From contig NC_043017.1 of the NCBI RefSeq assembly GCF_006345805.1, positions 15,190,001-15,254,000 on the forward strand: a stretch of 64,000 nucleotides of DNA, in the 5' to 3' direction. Made by a program: the position numbers and the translations under genes. Position 1 is the first letter of the stretch. Each line of letters starts with the position of its first letter. Shown piece after piece: positions 13,591 through 26,979 of this stretch. The DNA comes from Octopus sinensis. Taxonomy: Eukaryota. The notes beneath the pieces were generated by a model. It was given only the letters and a program-made list of their open reading frames with translations, had not been told where the DNA came from and ran no database searches.

Positions 13591-13742
13591 TCACACTATA
13601 TATATATATAATATAATATATATATATATATAATATATGTATGTATACATGCATATATATATGGATGTATGCATATGTATATATACGTGTGTGTGTGTGA
13701 TTATGTGGCACAAATATATGGTGTGTGTGTGTGTGTGTGTGT

Positions 13743-13773
<31 letters not shown>

Positions 13774-14269
13774 AGTGTGTGTGTGTGTATTGATATATAT
13801 ATATAAATTGACTGATATCTGTCTGTCGCCTTGGTGATATCTTGCTAATATTTCGATAATCTATATGTTGACTTGGTAGAAGTTTATTGGAGGCAGTTTA
13901 CCTTAGTTTACATATTTTCTTCCGTAAGGTAGAAGGTGAGGCATTTTCCGTAAGTACAGAATATAGAAGTCAAAGCTTGTGCGGTGCTTAATCAACAGGT
14001 TTCGAACTACGGAAGCTAAAGAGGATAATAATATTATTCGAAATCAATGAGTAAGGACCGTACCTCAAACAGCTCATGTTCCTGCTAGGAATTGTATTTA
14101 ATAGTCTTCTTTTTATTTGAGGCACAGGTAATGGAATGCGTGGGTGGGATGCTCGTCTGAGAATTATGCCGACTTGGGTTCAATCCTTCATTGTAGACCC
14201 TTGTGACACTGCATCTTCTGCTGCTAAATTCAAGAGTCAAACAATATTTTGTGAACGAAATTTGATTGA

Positions 14270-15494
14270 CGGAAACACGCTGGACATATGAGTATACACA
14301 CACACATACATACATACATACATACATACATACATACATACATACATACATACATACACACATACATACATACATACATACACACATACATACATACACA
14401 CATATACATACATACATACATACATACATACATACATACATACATACATACATACATACATACATACATACATACATACATTCATACATACATACATACA
14501 TACATGCATACATACATACATACATACATACACACATACATGCATACATACATACATACATACATACATACATACATGCATACATACATACATACATACA
14601 TACATACATACATGCATACATACATACACCCGTACATACATATACACATACATGCATACATACATACATACATACATACATACATACATGCATACATCTA
14701 CATACATACATACATACATACATACATACACATACATGCATACTACATACATACATACATATATATACATACATACACATACATACATACATACATCATA
14801 CATACATACATAACATACATACATACACCCGTACATACATATACACATACATGCATACATACATACACACATATATTACATACATACATACCTACATACA
14901 TACATACATACATACATACATACATACATCCATACATACATACATACATACATACACACATACATACATACACACATATACATACATACATATACATACA
15001 TACATACATACAACACATACATACATACATACATACTACATACATACATACCTACATACATACATACATACATACACACATACATGCATACATACATACA
15101 TACATACATACATGCATACATACATACATACATACATACATACATCATACATACATACATCACATACATACATACACACATACATGCATACATACATACA
15201 TACATACATACATACATACATACATACATGCATACATACATACATACATGCATACATACATACACACGTACATACATACACACATACATGCATACATACA
15301 TACATACACACATATATATACATACATACATACATATATATACATACATACATACATATATATACATACATACATACATACATACACACATACATACACA
15401 CATACATGCATACATACATACATACACACATATATATACATACATACATACATATATATACATACATACATACATACATACATACATACATACA

Positions 15495-15525
<31 letters not shown>
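14270..15525. repeat. ~1.25-kb imperfect (TACA)n microsatellite
   Basis: Direct; it produces the 448-aa and 420-aa HTYI/MYVC artefact ORFs. Confidence 0.97.
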
Positions 15526-15989
15526 GCACAACTTACAAAAGAGCTATTAATAGGTTCATACAGTACAGATGCAATAATTTGGCTGATTTATATAACGTGT
15601 CACATGTCTTAAGCTAGCTTTCAGCTCAGAGCCTACCGTTCGATGTATGTAAGAACCAGATTGATGAGGAAACAGGAGAAAAAAATGGGAAGCAAAATTG
15701 GGAAGAAAAATGTGAAGGTTGGTATGGGAAGTGGAACGAAAAGAAAGAAATGTAAAAAAGAAAACCCACGATCTTCGTCCTTTTTGTCTGTAGAAATCAT
15801 TATTTATCTCGCTGGTGTAGAATAATATAACAAAGAGGAAACCACAGTCAATCTGGAGAGCGATGGTTCGGGTATATTTCACGACTGTGATGGATATACA
15901 CGCTATAAATTTAGGAAGACTCGACCCCGAAATTGTTGTAGCTACTAATCTGTCCAAAGCTGACTTCTTAGGGTTGTACTCTGCTGTAC

Positions 15990-16140
15990 TCTTTCGCCCC
16001 AACTTTCTCTCTTCCTGTTTCTTGAGTAACGCTGCGACGGACTGGCGTCTCGTCCAGCTGGGGGGGAACACACACGCCACAGAAACCGGGAAACCGGGTC
16101 CATGAGCCTGGCTAGGCTTGAAAAGGGCGCAGAAATAATA
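15990..16140 (+). mobile_element. SINE 3' part (V-SINE-like ctgcgacggactggcgtctcgtccag motif)
   Basis: ctgctgtactctttc shared with ~49965; gaaaccgggaaaccgg shared with minus strand 2750-2770. Confidence 0.55.
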
Positions 16141-16669
16141 AAACATATATATATAAAGCGATTTTGTATATATCTTACATGGGGCTGACACGTGTTGGTA
16201 AAGGCGATTACTAAATGGATTTTTTGTAGAACAAATCGTAATAATATAGCTTACCTCTAAGACAGCCCTGATTCAGTAGATGTTACAATCAAAGTTAATC
16301 AAGTAGTGCTCGCCTATTCCTTGTTTAATTTTTCTTTCAAATATTGCCCATGCATAACCACTTTATGCAATCAGTCGGACCATCTTGCACTTGGTGGTAA
16401 ATAAGGTCATCACTCGTCATCTATTTGTCGCAGTTCAACTTCCTCGTCGTTGACTCAGACGAGTGTTTTATAGATTAACAAAATCATCTTTGTTTCAAGG
16501 GACAGTGTTTTAAACGTCAACAACTACATGTCGACACTTTATTTTGCTCTGCCTAGGATTCTTAGAGCCTGTTACCCAGGTTCCATTAGCGTAAAAATAG
16601 CCAAGATCACAATAATTTCCTATGAATGGGAAGCCGATCCATTGCAGGGTTGAAGGCTAACAATTTTAA

Positions 16670-16830
16670 GGGAGAGAAACAAATCGATTACATCGACCCA
16701 GTACTTAGCAGGTACTTTATTTTATAAACCCCGAAACGATGAAGGCAAAGCTGACCTCTTTGGCATTTGAACTCAGAACATAAAGATCAAGAAACAATAC
16801 TGGTAAGCATTTTGGCCGATAACCTTGGCA
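16670..16830 (-). mobile_element. SINE with Nin/Deu-like domain
   Basis: atcgattacatcgacccagtact...tttataaaccccgaaacgatgaaggcaaagctgacctc...atttgaactcagaac. Confidence 0.75.
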
Positions 16831-17199
16831 CTTTAGCTTTTGATTTATTCCAAGTATTTTTGTCTCTTCTGTACTTAACAAAACTAGCCACATTCAGCAT
16901 GTACCTGAAACTGACGTTTACGATTGTTTTTTTTTTGATTGAGCAACAATGTGTGATTGTTCTGGAAATATTTACATGTAAGACAATGATCGTGTGTTTG
17001 TTTACTGCCGCATTCAACGCGTTGAAGTATTTCTTCTGTTTCTTGAAAATAAAGGCTTCCTAGGTTCGTTGGCTTTCACGTCAATTTTATATGGTGGGTT
17101 ATACCAATTAGCATTCTTCTTCACAGTAGAGCTCTTAGTGGTTGCCACTGTTTTCGTCAGTGATTGTTCCTCGGTGTTCTAAACTGCGTCACTTTATTA

Positions 17200-17400
17200 T
17201 CTTTTAATTACTTTAGTCATTAGACTGCGGCCATACTGGGGCACGGCCTTCAAGAATTTTAGTCCAACGAAACTATCCAGTTACTTATATTTTATAAAGT
17301 CTATACTTATTCTATCGATATCTTTTGCCGAGCTGGTAAGTTATGGAGACTTTTACACAGCAACACCGGTTATCAAGCGGCGAGATGGGGGACAAGCTAG
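17200..17400 (-). mobile_element. SINE family A, 3' half
   Basis: tcattagactgcggccatactggggcac...ttattctatcgatatcttttgccgag...ggttatcaagcg. Confidence 0.8.
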
Positions 17401-17425
17401 CACAAAGTTACATATACGTGTATAT

Positions 17426-17860
17426 AATTCTGTAAATAATAATAATAGTATTTTATAAGCTTAAAGCACAATGACTAAAGAAAATAGTCTAAAAACGAGG
17501 TATATAAGCTCTCGACAGAAGAAAATAGGTTTTCCTGTACGCGTGGGACTCGAGCCCACACCTCTTTACTTACGCGACCGACCAATTACACGACTGAACT
17601 AACCTGCTTTTTTCTGTCAGATTTAAGAACTAGAATTAGTTCGTAGTTGTTTTTGTAAACAAGCTTTCACGTGCTTTTCACTGCGATGGTTTTGTTAAGC
17701 AGTGTCGATTGTTACGAGTCATGTGCATACGAAAGCCTATTTTTCTTCTATCTCGGCTTTATAAGTCCCATTATTGGACTATTTTCTTTAGTCATTGCAC
17801 AATGATCGCCATAAGCTTTAAGCTTATATAAAAATGCCATTATTATTATTTACAGAATTG
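17426..17860. mobile_element. Two divergently oriented copies of SINE family D (- 17426-17610 with tRNA-like head; + 17725-17860, headless)
   Basis: Shared actattttctttagtcattg...ctttaagcttata; head on the minus strand ggttagttcagtcg...gggctcgagtccc; third copy at ~26790-26890. Confidence 0.7.
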
Positions 17861-17905
17861 TAAAAATCGACACTGCTTAAGAAAACCATCGCAGTGAAAC
17901 GCATA

Positions 17906-18032
<127 letters not shown>

Positions 18033-18899
18033 CATGGCTTCTTCAGTTTCCGCCTACTATTCATTTATTTGTGTGTTCTAGCCCCGATAGTTTATTAAGC
18101 TGAAGTTGTTGGAATGATTAGATTGTATGTGAATGTAGGATGGGTAACTGTTTGATTTCCAAAGATTTGATAAGACTCCGTTGGTAAGGAAACGGTAACA
18201 TCAAATTTGCATCTTCGTGTGATTCCAAAGATGAATTTAGAGAATGATATTAATATCCATTTAATAAAACTGTCTTATTTCTTTAGGCCCTCGCGTTATG
18301 TTAGGTCATAAGTTTTTCATCGAATTATCGACTAATTATCGAATTATCACTGAAAGTAATTAATTAGCAAAGGGGTGTGACAGACCTTATAATTCACAGA
18401 CTTAAATTTCACTCAAGTTTTCCATTTTAACATTCATCTTAAGAAAAGGAGTAACATTACTTTAAAAGATAAGATCTAGCGTGAATGATATTACGGAAGG
18501 CCTTAATGCTTTTCAATGAAAAGTTACTGTGTGTCAATCATAAGATATCCCTCTGTTTTGAAGAAGTTACGGTTTAATTCAACTGAGATTTGGCCACTCT
18601 TTCGTGCAAATGGTACCATCACATTCAGCTTTACTGATTGGTTCGTTAACGATGATGTAATAACCAATGACACTAAAATGGATAAACTGAATTTATCTTC
18701 GTTTTCGACGCCATTAAATCACTCGATAATAACTGCCATGATGTTCTTCCATACATTCAAATATATTGTTTTATGCTTCTCTTTATTCTCTCCAACATTA
18801 TTCCACTGACGACCACATACAAGATACTTCTTTTATTTCTTTATTTCCTTTTCTTCTTTTTTTGCAGAGTTAATGAATCTCGTTTTTGGTGAGATGTCG

Positions 18900-19340
18900 A
18901 AATTGTTTACATTCAGTACGATGAAGGCTGAGATATTTTTTGACCGACGTATTTTAGTTTCTGTTTGTTGTTATGCTTTCTCTAGTTTTATATAATATTT
19001 TTTCTTGTTGTATCTTGTGTTTCTCCGTTGATTTCATTGTATGTTTCTGAATATTTTATTTTTATAAAATTTTATTGTTTTATTTTATAAGAGATTCTTG
19101 TAAAGATCTTTTCTTACGCCGTAAAAATATTCCTGTAGTTTTCATCGAAACACATTGTTTTGAGGATTTTAAGCTTATTATATTTTTGAAAAATCTTATC
19201 TAAGCTTATAAAGTAAATCATTGGATCTGCTTCTGAATATTATATTCTTGATTAAACTAAGGGCATTTTCGAAAGCCTCTAAGTCTCTCTGCTTTTGTGG
19301 TGATCGGTTCAGGGATTGCAAACGTCATGTTTTTCTAACA
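18900..19340 (-). pseudogene. Possible very old reverse-transcriptase relic
   Basis: Minus-strand frame gives IYFISLDKIFQKYNKLKILKTMCFDENYRNIF...SETYNEINGETQD, loosely like ISLDxxKAFD...xGxRQG; many stops. Confidence 0.25.
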
Positions 19341-19757
19341 TAATATTGTTATCTCCTTTATCAGAGAAGTAACTCTTTCACCGGATATGCTTTACTACAT
19401 TTTCTCTTTCTTCAGTAAATGATTTTTCGGGAGAATTTCCGTCTTGAAATTATGGCATTTCTTCATATCTATTCATTTCCTTGTTTGCAATCCGTGTTTA
19501 TATTGACAATGTTTGTTCAGCTTTATTGAGCTGAAGTGAGTGGGTTTTACAGTCAATTGTTTTCTTCCTTGCATAGCACAAAGGGAAAAAACGACAACAC
19601 AAACCTGCTTAATACAACCTTCTATTAGAAGCATGCACGCATATATTAAAAACATATGTAAATGTCTGCATGTATATACAAACACACACACATATATGTA
19701 TATATATATATATACATAAGTATACACACACATATATATGCATATATATATATCTGC

Positions 19758-19788
<31 letters not shown>

Positions 19789-19904
19789 GACACACAAACA
19801 TATATATACATACATGTATATATGTATGTTATGTAGGAAAGTTAAAATTGAAACTCCTCTCTTTTGTATATATGTATATATATATGTGTGCGTGTGTGTG
19901 TGCG

Positions 19905-20050
19905 TGTGGATTTCACCCGTTCTGAGTACACATTTTGCCTTTCATCCTTTCCGGGTCGATAAATTAAGCACCACATTTGCACTGGGGTCGAGGTAAACGA
20001 CTCATCTCCTCCCCCAAAGTTCAGGCCTTGTACTTATAACAAAAAGGATA
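19905..20050 (+). mobile_element. SINE with Nin/Deu-like domain
   Basis: tttgcctttcatcctttccgggtcgataaattaagcaccac...ggggtcgag...ggccttgtac. Confidence 0.8.
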
Positions 20051-20068
20051 TATATATATATATATAAT

Positions 20069-20118
<50 letters not shown>

Positions 20119-21249
20119 ATATATATATGTATACTTCCGGTTTCGTAGAGTAAGGACGTGTTTGCTTTCGCTCTGTGAAATAAACAAAAAGGTTTCCATA
20201 AATCGACGAAATAATCTGCTAAAACTGATTAAAAAAACGTAGAACTTGTTATCTCATAGCGGTCTACTAGGATGTATTAGTTAAAAACCGTAATATATTT
20301 CGCTTCAAGCCAAATATAATACACTAAAGTTAGTTACGCAGGCAAGATTTTCCGTCGAAAAAGCACGTGGTGGCATTTCGTAAGTTTATTTCCAACCGAC
20401 TGTAAGAAGCAAAAAAAATTGTTTTCTTTTCTTTTTTGAAAGAAAACTTCTTCGTACAGGGACACGGATTTGGAATTTCTGCCTTTTGTGGATAAGTACC
20501 CATTTTTATTTGTCTAATTTCCTGTAATTCAATGTAACGTCTGAGTTAGGACCTCATCTCTGTTTACATTCTGTTAATAATCTTTCAATCTCTGTTTCAG
20601 CGCCCACTTCGCTTTTATCGATTTCTCACTATATCTCTTTAAAATTATTCAATTTTAGATAGGTATATATTTATTTGTTACTTTATTTATATATTGTACT
20701 ATCCAAGTGAAATCTTTTGAATAATTTCTTCTCTTTCATTACTTTCTCTCTCTCACTGTCTCTTCGCCTCTCACTGTCACACCATCTTTTCCCTCTCAGC
20801 CTCTCAATCTCCCTAAATATATAGACGCGAACATTAGAAATATAGTCGTAATTAGTTTAGAAGAAAACTTTCGTAGTTACGGATAGATAGATATTTATAA
20901 TTTGCTTAGAAGAGAACTTTCGTAGCTGCAGATAGATATATATTTATTTGTTGCCTAACCTCCTCTCTTTCATTTCTTTCTCTCTCTGTCTCTTCACTTC
21001 TCTCCTTTACGCCTCTCTCTCTGTCTCTTCACTTCTCTCTGTCACACCTTTCTTCTCTCAGCCTCTCAATCTTTCTAAATATATAGACGCAAACATTCTC
21101 CTCTCACTCTCTCTTACTCTCTTCTTATCTTCTCTCAGCTCTCAATCTCTCTAAATACATAGACACTTTCTTTCTCTATTTCTTCTCTATCCTCTATGTC
21201 ACTGTTAAATTTTAAATATAACTGGATAGATACATAAATAAAATATCCA

Positions 21250-24200
21250 AAAAATATCCAGAACCCGGAGGAGCATGGAATTGGCATTGTACTTAAGAGC
21301 CTGGTGATAAACTGACGGAGATAATCCGAACAACATAATTACAGCTGCGCTGAAGAGCAATGGTTACACAAGGAGGTTAGCACAGATAGAGTGAAAGAAG
21401 CAGGAGTTTATACGCTCCTATGCACTCATAAGATCCCACATCAGCACGCTTGATGCCATCTTTGACAACGAACAAAGCAAAGATGACAAGGACGGAGGCA
21501 CGGGTACTGATGAAAGATGTCACCCCCACTTGGTAGACACCCAGGACAACAAAGAAGATTCAAGTGAGGAACCGGCCCGGGAAGTAAACCCAAGTGCACG
21601 TGCCCCTACAAGCATCAAAAGCCAAAACCATGGAGATGAAAGAGCCAAAAAAGAAGTAAAAGAAGGAATAACTAAAAGAAAAACAAAAGATGAAACAGCC
21701 AAAGAAGGAAAAATTAAAACTCAAACAAAACCAAAAGATGAAACTGCCAACGAAAGAAGCAAGCCTTACTATCCAAAAAGGATAGAAAGAGACAGCGCAC
21801 ACGAATGTGTAAATTCTACCTGAAAGGTGTCTGCTGGCTTGAAAAGGAAGGTGCAGGCTGCCGTTTTGCACACCAAAGACCCTGCCACATAAACATGAAA
21901 CAGGACAGAAACCAACTGCCAAAAGGAAAAGGAAAGGACTACGCACCACCTGTCCCAAAACGGAGGTACGCAGATGTAGTGCGTGTTGCAAACCATCAAC
22001 ATATTATTGAAAAGGCAGCTGCTGAACAAGAATCTTTTTTTTAGCATGGCACAAAAGATTGTACAGCAGCTAACCTGGCTCCATCAAACACAAACTCAGA
22101 GATGGGACTATCCACAATACACAAGACCGCCACAGCAAATAGATCCAAGGTGTACACCGCCGGCAACAGCATACACCTCACTTCGATGCTCCTACTGAAC
22201 AGCAGAGGACTGCTAACACTCAGTAACAGGACAAAAATCCCTTTCTTGAGAGACATTGTTGCATGCAATCAAGCTTTATGCATAGCACTTACGGAAACAC
22301 ACCTGAAACCGGATATAGCAGATGCGGAAATACACATACCACAGTATGTTGTATTACGGACCTACAGAAAAGAAAGGAATCATGGTGGAGTTGCTATGTA
22401 CATCCGTGAGGACCTCACACCCCAGGTCCTTTTGTCATACTCAAATTCGGAGTGTGACACACTAATTGTACATATAAGGCAACTCGGTGTAGTTATATGT
22501 ACTACATATCGCCCTCCAGATGCTCCAAGCCATGTAGGTAAGTTTGAAGACTGCCTTACAAAAATAGAAGTTCTAGTCCCGTTAGAACAACACATAAGTG
22601 TACTTCTTATGGGAGACTTCAATCTGCCCAATGCCAGATGGCCCGAAGGCCTTTCTCTCCCAGGAATGACACGATGCGAACGAGGACAGGCGAGGTTCCT
22701 CCTCAACCTCATCAACACTCTGTACATGCAGCAAATAATACTCCAACCAACTAGGGCAAGTAACATACTGGATCTCTGCTTCACAAATGATATGGATCTC
22801 ATCCATAATGTGAAAGTGACACCGACACTACTCTCGGATCACAACATGGTAGAGTTGACCATGTACAGGCCAAAGGAAAGCATGAACATGCAGTCTACAA
22901 GAAACCCTCAGAATCTTTCCAGCTTGAACTTCCATAAGGCAAACTGGAAACAAATTGAGAAAAAGATCTTCAAACAAAACTGGCCTAAATATCTCTCCGC
23001 CAGACATCGACATGAAACTTCTATAATTCATGTCTGTAATGCAAGCCATATGCTGCAAATGTGTCCCAGAGAGAAGGCCACTGTACACAAGAACAAAATC
23101 CCCAGAGAGAGGAAAATTCTTATGAGACGGCGTACAAAAGTTTCAAATCGCCTAAACAAACAAATTGAAAGCAGTGAAAAGTCCCGCCTGAAAATAAAAC
23201 TGTTGGAAATTGAAAAATGTCTGCAACTCTCCCATGAAAAAGAAAGGGCAGACAAAGAAGCCTGGGCTATAGACAACATAAAATCTAACCCCAGAGCTTT
23301 CTACAAGTTTGCCAAAGAAACAGCTACGGTGCACTGTAGGATAGGGCCACTCCCTGAAAAAGATGGCACACTCACAGGAAATCCAATGAAGATAAGTGAA
23401 ATACTAAATGAGCAATTCAAAAGTATTTTCACTCCACCCCTCGGGCATTTTCAAGTCAGCAATCCAACTGACTTCTTTACCACTGCAGATATAAAATCGG
23501 AGGTAGCGATGATTGATTACATCAATATAAAGGAAGACGATGTAATAAAGGCTATAGATGAAATGAACCCAAACTCAGCTACTGGCCCCAATTGATTCCC
23601 AGCAATCCTTCTAAAAGTATGTAAGAGAGTCATAGCAAGACCACTGCAGTTCCTTTATCAGAGCTTCCTTGCAACTGGCAAACTTCCAAGGAAACTGAAG
23701 GAGGGTAAAATATGCCCTATTCATAAAGGAGGTAGCAGAGCGGAGGCCAAGAACTACAGAACTATCTCTCTGACCTCACACATCAGCAAGGTCATGGAGC
23801 GAAAATTCAGAAGGAAACTAATCGCCTTCCTGGAAGAAAATAACTTGCTGCCTGACACCCAACATGGTTTCCGACCAGGAAGAAGCTACCTAACTCAGCT
23901 CCTACAACACTATGATTGGGTGCTGAAACAACTTCTGAACCACTCAAATGTGGAAGTGATATACCTCGACTTTGCAAAGGCCTTTGATAAAGTCGATCAT
24001 GGAATGATATGTCACAAACTGCGTGATCTTGGCATAGTTGGAAAATTGGAAGAATGGCTTCATGACTTTCTGAAGGATAGAAGTCAGGTGGTAGTAGCCA
24101 ATGGGGCCACCTCCAATAACACGCAAATAGTGAGCTGTGTTCCGCAAGGCACTGTTTTAGGACCACTACTGTTCATAATGGCCCTCTCAGACATGCCCTC

Positions 24201-24275
24201 AGCCATGCAGAGAGCCACGATCACAAGTTATGCAGATGATACAAAAGTTTCACAGGTAATACAGAATACTGAACA
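21250..24275 (+). mobile_element. CR1-clade LINE, 3'-truncated, inactive
   Basis: ORF1 remnants followed by an APE+RT ORF2; the RT ends just after YADDTK. Confidence 0.9.
21395..22198 (+). pseudogene. LINE ORF1 (frameshifted) with a CCCH-type zinc finger
   Basis: Charged low-complexity segment 21530-21823, then CKFYLKGVCWLEKEGAGCRFAH (C-x7-C-x8-C-x3-H) in 21805-22044, then a Q/P-rich tail to 22198; split over three frames. Confidence 0.7.
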
Positions 24276-24294
24276 CGCTATGCACAGGAATTAA
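22102..24294 (+). pseudogene. LINE ORF2: apurinic endonuclease + reverse transcriptase
   Basis: APE motifs LNSRGL, LTETHL, GGVAMY, YRPP, MGDFN, LDLCF, SDHN. RT motifs NYRTISLTS, QHGFRPGRS, YLDFAKAFDKVDH, VPQGTVLGPLLF, YADD. In-frame TGA at 23593-23595 (GPN*F for GPDGF). Confidence 0.95.
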
Positions 24295-24790
24295 GGAGGG
24301 GGGTTTCTCTAAACTTGGTACGACTCTGTCTCTCTCTCTCCCTTCTCCTACATTTCTTCGCATTCTTACTTTGCACTTCACTTTCCCTCTGTCTCTTTTT
24401 CTCTCTCTTCTCCCCCTCCTTAATTCCTCTGTCCCTCTTTTCTTCTCTCTTCTCTTTACACGTGACTGACTGCTGGCCTTTTGGGGTCTAGCAGCGGTAG
24501 CGGTAACATGAACATTTTTTTCTCTCAGCCCCAAGGCACATTCCAACACGCCAGCTGTGTTTAACCCGTCTAGTCGAAAGACACCTGTTTGTGATGTCCT
24601 GTTATTGTTATTTTATTATTGTTATTATTGTTTTTACGTCCTTGACTGAAGATTCAAGGCTTCGAATGTCCCGTCCGTGATTTATGTATCGGCTCCTAAA
24701 TGTTTTGCGTTCTTGTCCCAGTTTGTATTTTTATACATGTATATATATGTATATAGCGGCGTACGTACCCTCTCTCTGATATATATATAC
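24290..24790. mobile_element. Interspersed repeat (LTR-like) shared with 48530-48880
   Basis: cacgccagct...cgtc..tagtcgaaa..c.cctgtt and ttgcgttcttgtccca occur at both loci. Confidence 0.5.
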
Positions 24791-24799
24791 ATCCTTTCT

Positions 24800-24925
24800 G
24801 TTATAGGCACAAGGAGATGAATCGATTACAACGACCCAAGTGCAAATGTGGTGGTTATTTTATCGACCCGGAAAGGATGAAAGGTAAAGTCTACCTCGGC
24901 GAAATTTGAACTCAGAACTGGCGAA
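24800..24925 (-). mobile_element. SINE with Nin/Deu-like domain
   Basis: tttatcgacccggaaaggatgaaaggtaaagtctacctcggcgaaatttgaactcagaac. Confidence 0.8.
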
Positions 24926-24935
24926 ATCCACACAC

Positions 24936-25038
<103 letters not shown>

Positions 25039-25317
25039 TACAAAAGAGAGCAGTTTCAATTTTAACTTCCTATATAACGTACATATATACATGTATGTAT
25101 ATACATGTGTGTGTGTGTGTGTATATATATATGTATGTATAAATAAGGATAAGATCGTTATTTAAATACCGATCTTATCAGGTGGCCTGCATGGGAATAA
25201 AAACCTTTCAAAGGAAATAATCATTTACAATTATAATTTAGGGTATCTTAGAGATACCACCACGCTGAAAGTAGCCGTCAGAGCTTGACTCTAAAACCAC
25301 ATTAAATATTCACATTA

Positions 25318-25365
<48 letters not shown>

Positions 25366-25388
25366 GTATACACTCTCTCACATACATA

Positions 25389-25510
25389 TAGGGTATGATC
25401 AATAAGTATCCGGACTGTTACCATATTAACGAAGTCAAACCATACAGAGTGAAGCTACTCGGCACAAGCTGATCCTGAACTCTGCTGTGCATGCGCATTA
25501 AGTTTTAACG
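25389..25510 (+). mobile_element. Mariner-like transposon 5' TIR fragment
   Basis: TA + gggtatgatcaataagtatccggactg resembles mariner termini (gggg..tcaaaaagt..ccggact); no matching right TIR or transposase seen. Confidence 0.5.
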
Positions 25511-25951
25511 TTCTCACTTCGCATTGTTTAATATTCCAGAGAATGCAAGGCGGTGATCTGGCGGAATCGTTAACTTGTCGAGTAAACCTGTTGGCGGCGT
25601 TTCGCTCGTCTTTGCGTTCGGAGTTGCACCTCCATAAGCTCTCTTCCACCACAAAGTGACCAGAGATGTTGTAGTTTTGCAAGTGAATTCTGAAAACAGT
25701 CTTTAAAAAACATGAAAACTACTTTCTGCCGTGACAAATATTTGGTGGGTGGTCGCGGTAGGAGCGGACAACGATTTGTGTTAATCTAAGATGTATTTTT
25801 AATCACCATCTATCACATAGCACCTTAATTAATCCCAATAAATCGGATTGGCAACTTTTACCATTCCATCTTTCTTGGCGATAAAAGACTATTTCTTATA
25901 ATCCTCAGAGATCTGGCCATACGAGAGAGCTTCATTAACGTTGCTTATCCT

Positions 25952-25954
<3 letters not shown>

Positions 25955-25998
<44 letters not shown>

Positions 25999-26408
25999 TT
26001 CTCTCTATACCTCTCTACCACTTTTTCTGTCTCAATCTTTAGTTCTCGCTCTCTGTTCTCTGTCTATCTCCTTCTCTCTCTCATCTCTCTGTCTTTCGCT
26101 CTATCCCTCTTTCTCTATCTTTATTTCTCTTCTTTCCTCTCTCTATCACTCTCTCTACCAATCTCTCACCTTTTCTATCTATCATTTCCATTTCTCTCTT
26201 TATCTGTCTACCCCCCTCTCTCTCTCTCTATCCCTTTCTAAATCTCTCTGACTAAGTCTTTCTATCATTCTCGCCTCTCTTTTTCCATCTCTTCACTTCC
26301 CTAACTATCAGCGCTGCCTCGCTGCTACCCTCCAACTCCCTCTCCATTTCTTATCTTCTGTCTATAATACTCCTCCTCCTACTCTCTATTTTCATCTATC
26401 TCTCGCCT

Positions 26409-26470
<62 letters not shown>
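25955..26470. repeat. (CT)n-rich low-complexity tract
   Basis: Perfect (CT)n at both ends with a degenerate interior. Confidence 0.9.
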
Positions 26471-26474
<4 letters not shown>

Positions 26475-26929
26475 CTTTCTACCTGTGCAATAACAATCAA
26501 ACTACTTTGTTCTATCGCAATATGAAGTTGCAAACTTCCCATTTCTATTTGCACCAATTAGTAGAGAAAGGCAGCGGAAGGAAATTGGAAGGACGAAGCG
26601 ATAAAGCTATCCTTCAATCGGTCGCGTGACACACACACACACACACACACAATCACACACAATTTCACATCAATCTACCAAGAGTCAGGTGTGTTAAATA
26701 TATCACCCCAAAAATGAGAAGACAGTAGCTACATGTTTACTACAGTGTTGCCCATAAACCCGATACTATTTGTAATAATCATATATATTATAAGCTTAAA
26801 GCTTATGAGCGACGGCCATGCATTGACTAAATTAAATAGTCTAATATTGGGGCATAGAAGCCCTCGGCGGGAAATGTAGGGTTTGCCGTATGTATATGTA
26901 TCTGTGTATTTGTGTGTATGTATGTATGA

Positions 26930-26977
<48 letters not shown>

Positions 26978-26979
<2 letters not shown>

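Noticed and set aside
14085-15617. Long ORFs of up to 448 aa (HTYI/MYVC repeats)
   Set aside because: Translations of a (TACA)n microsatellite, which lacks stops in several frames.
21505-21530. CTGATGA motifs at ~21507 and 2884(-), and CTGACGA at 45479, 17153(-), 58652(-)
   Set aside because: No appropriately placed GAAA plus stem III and UH; chance matches.
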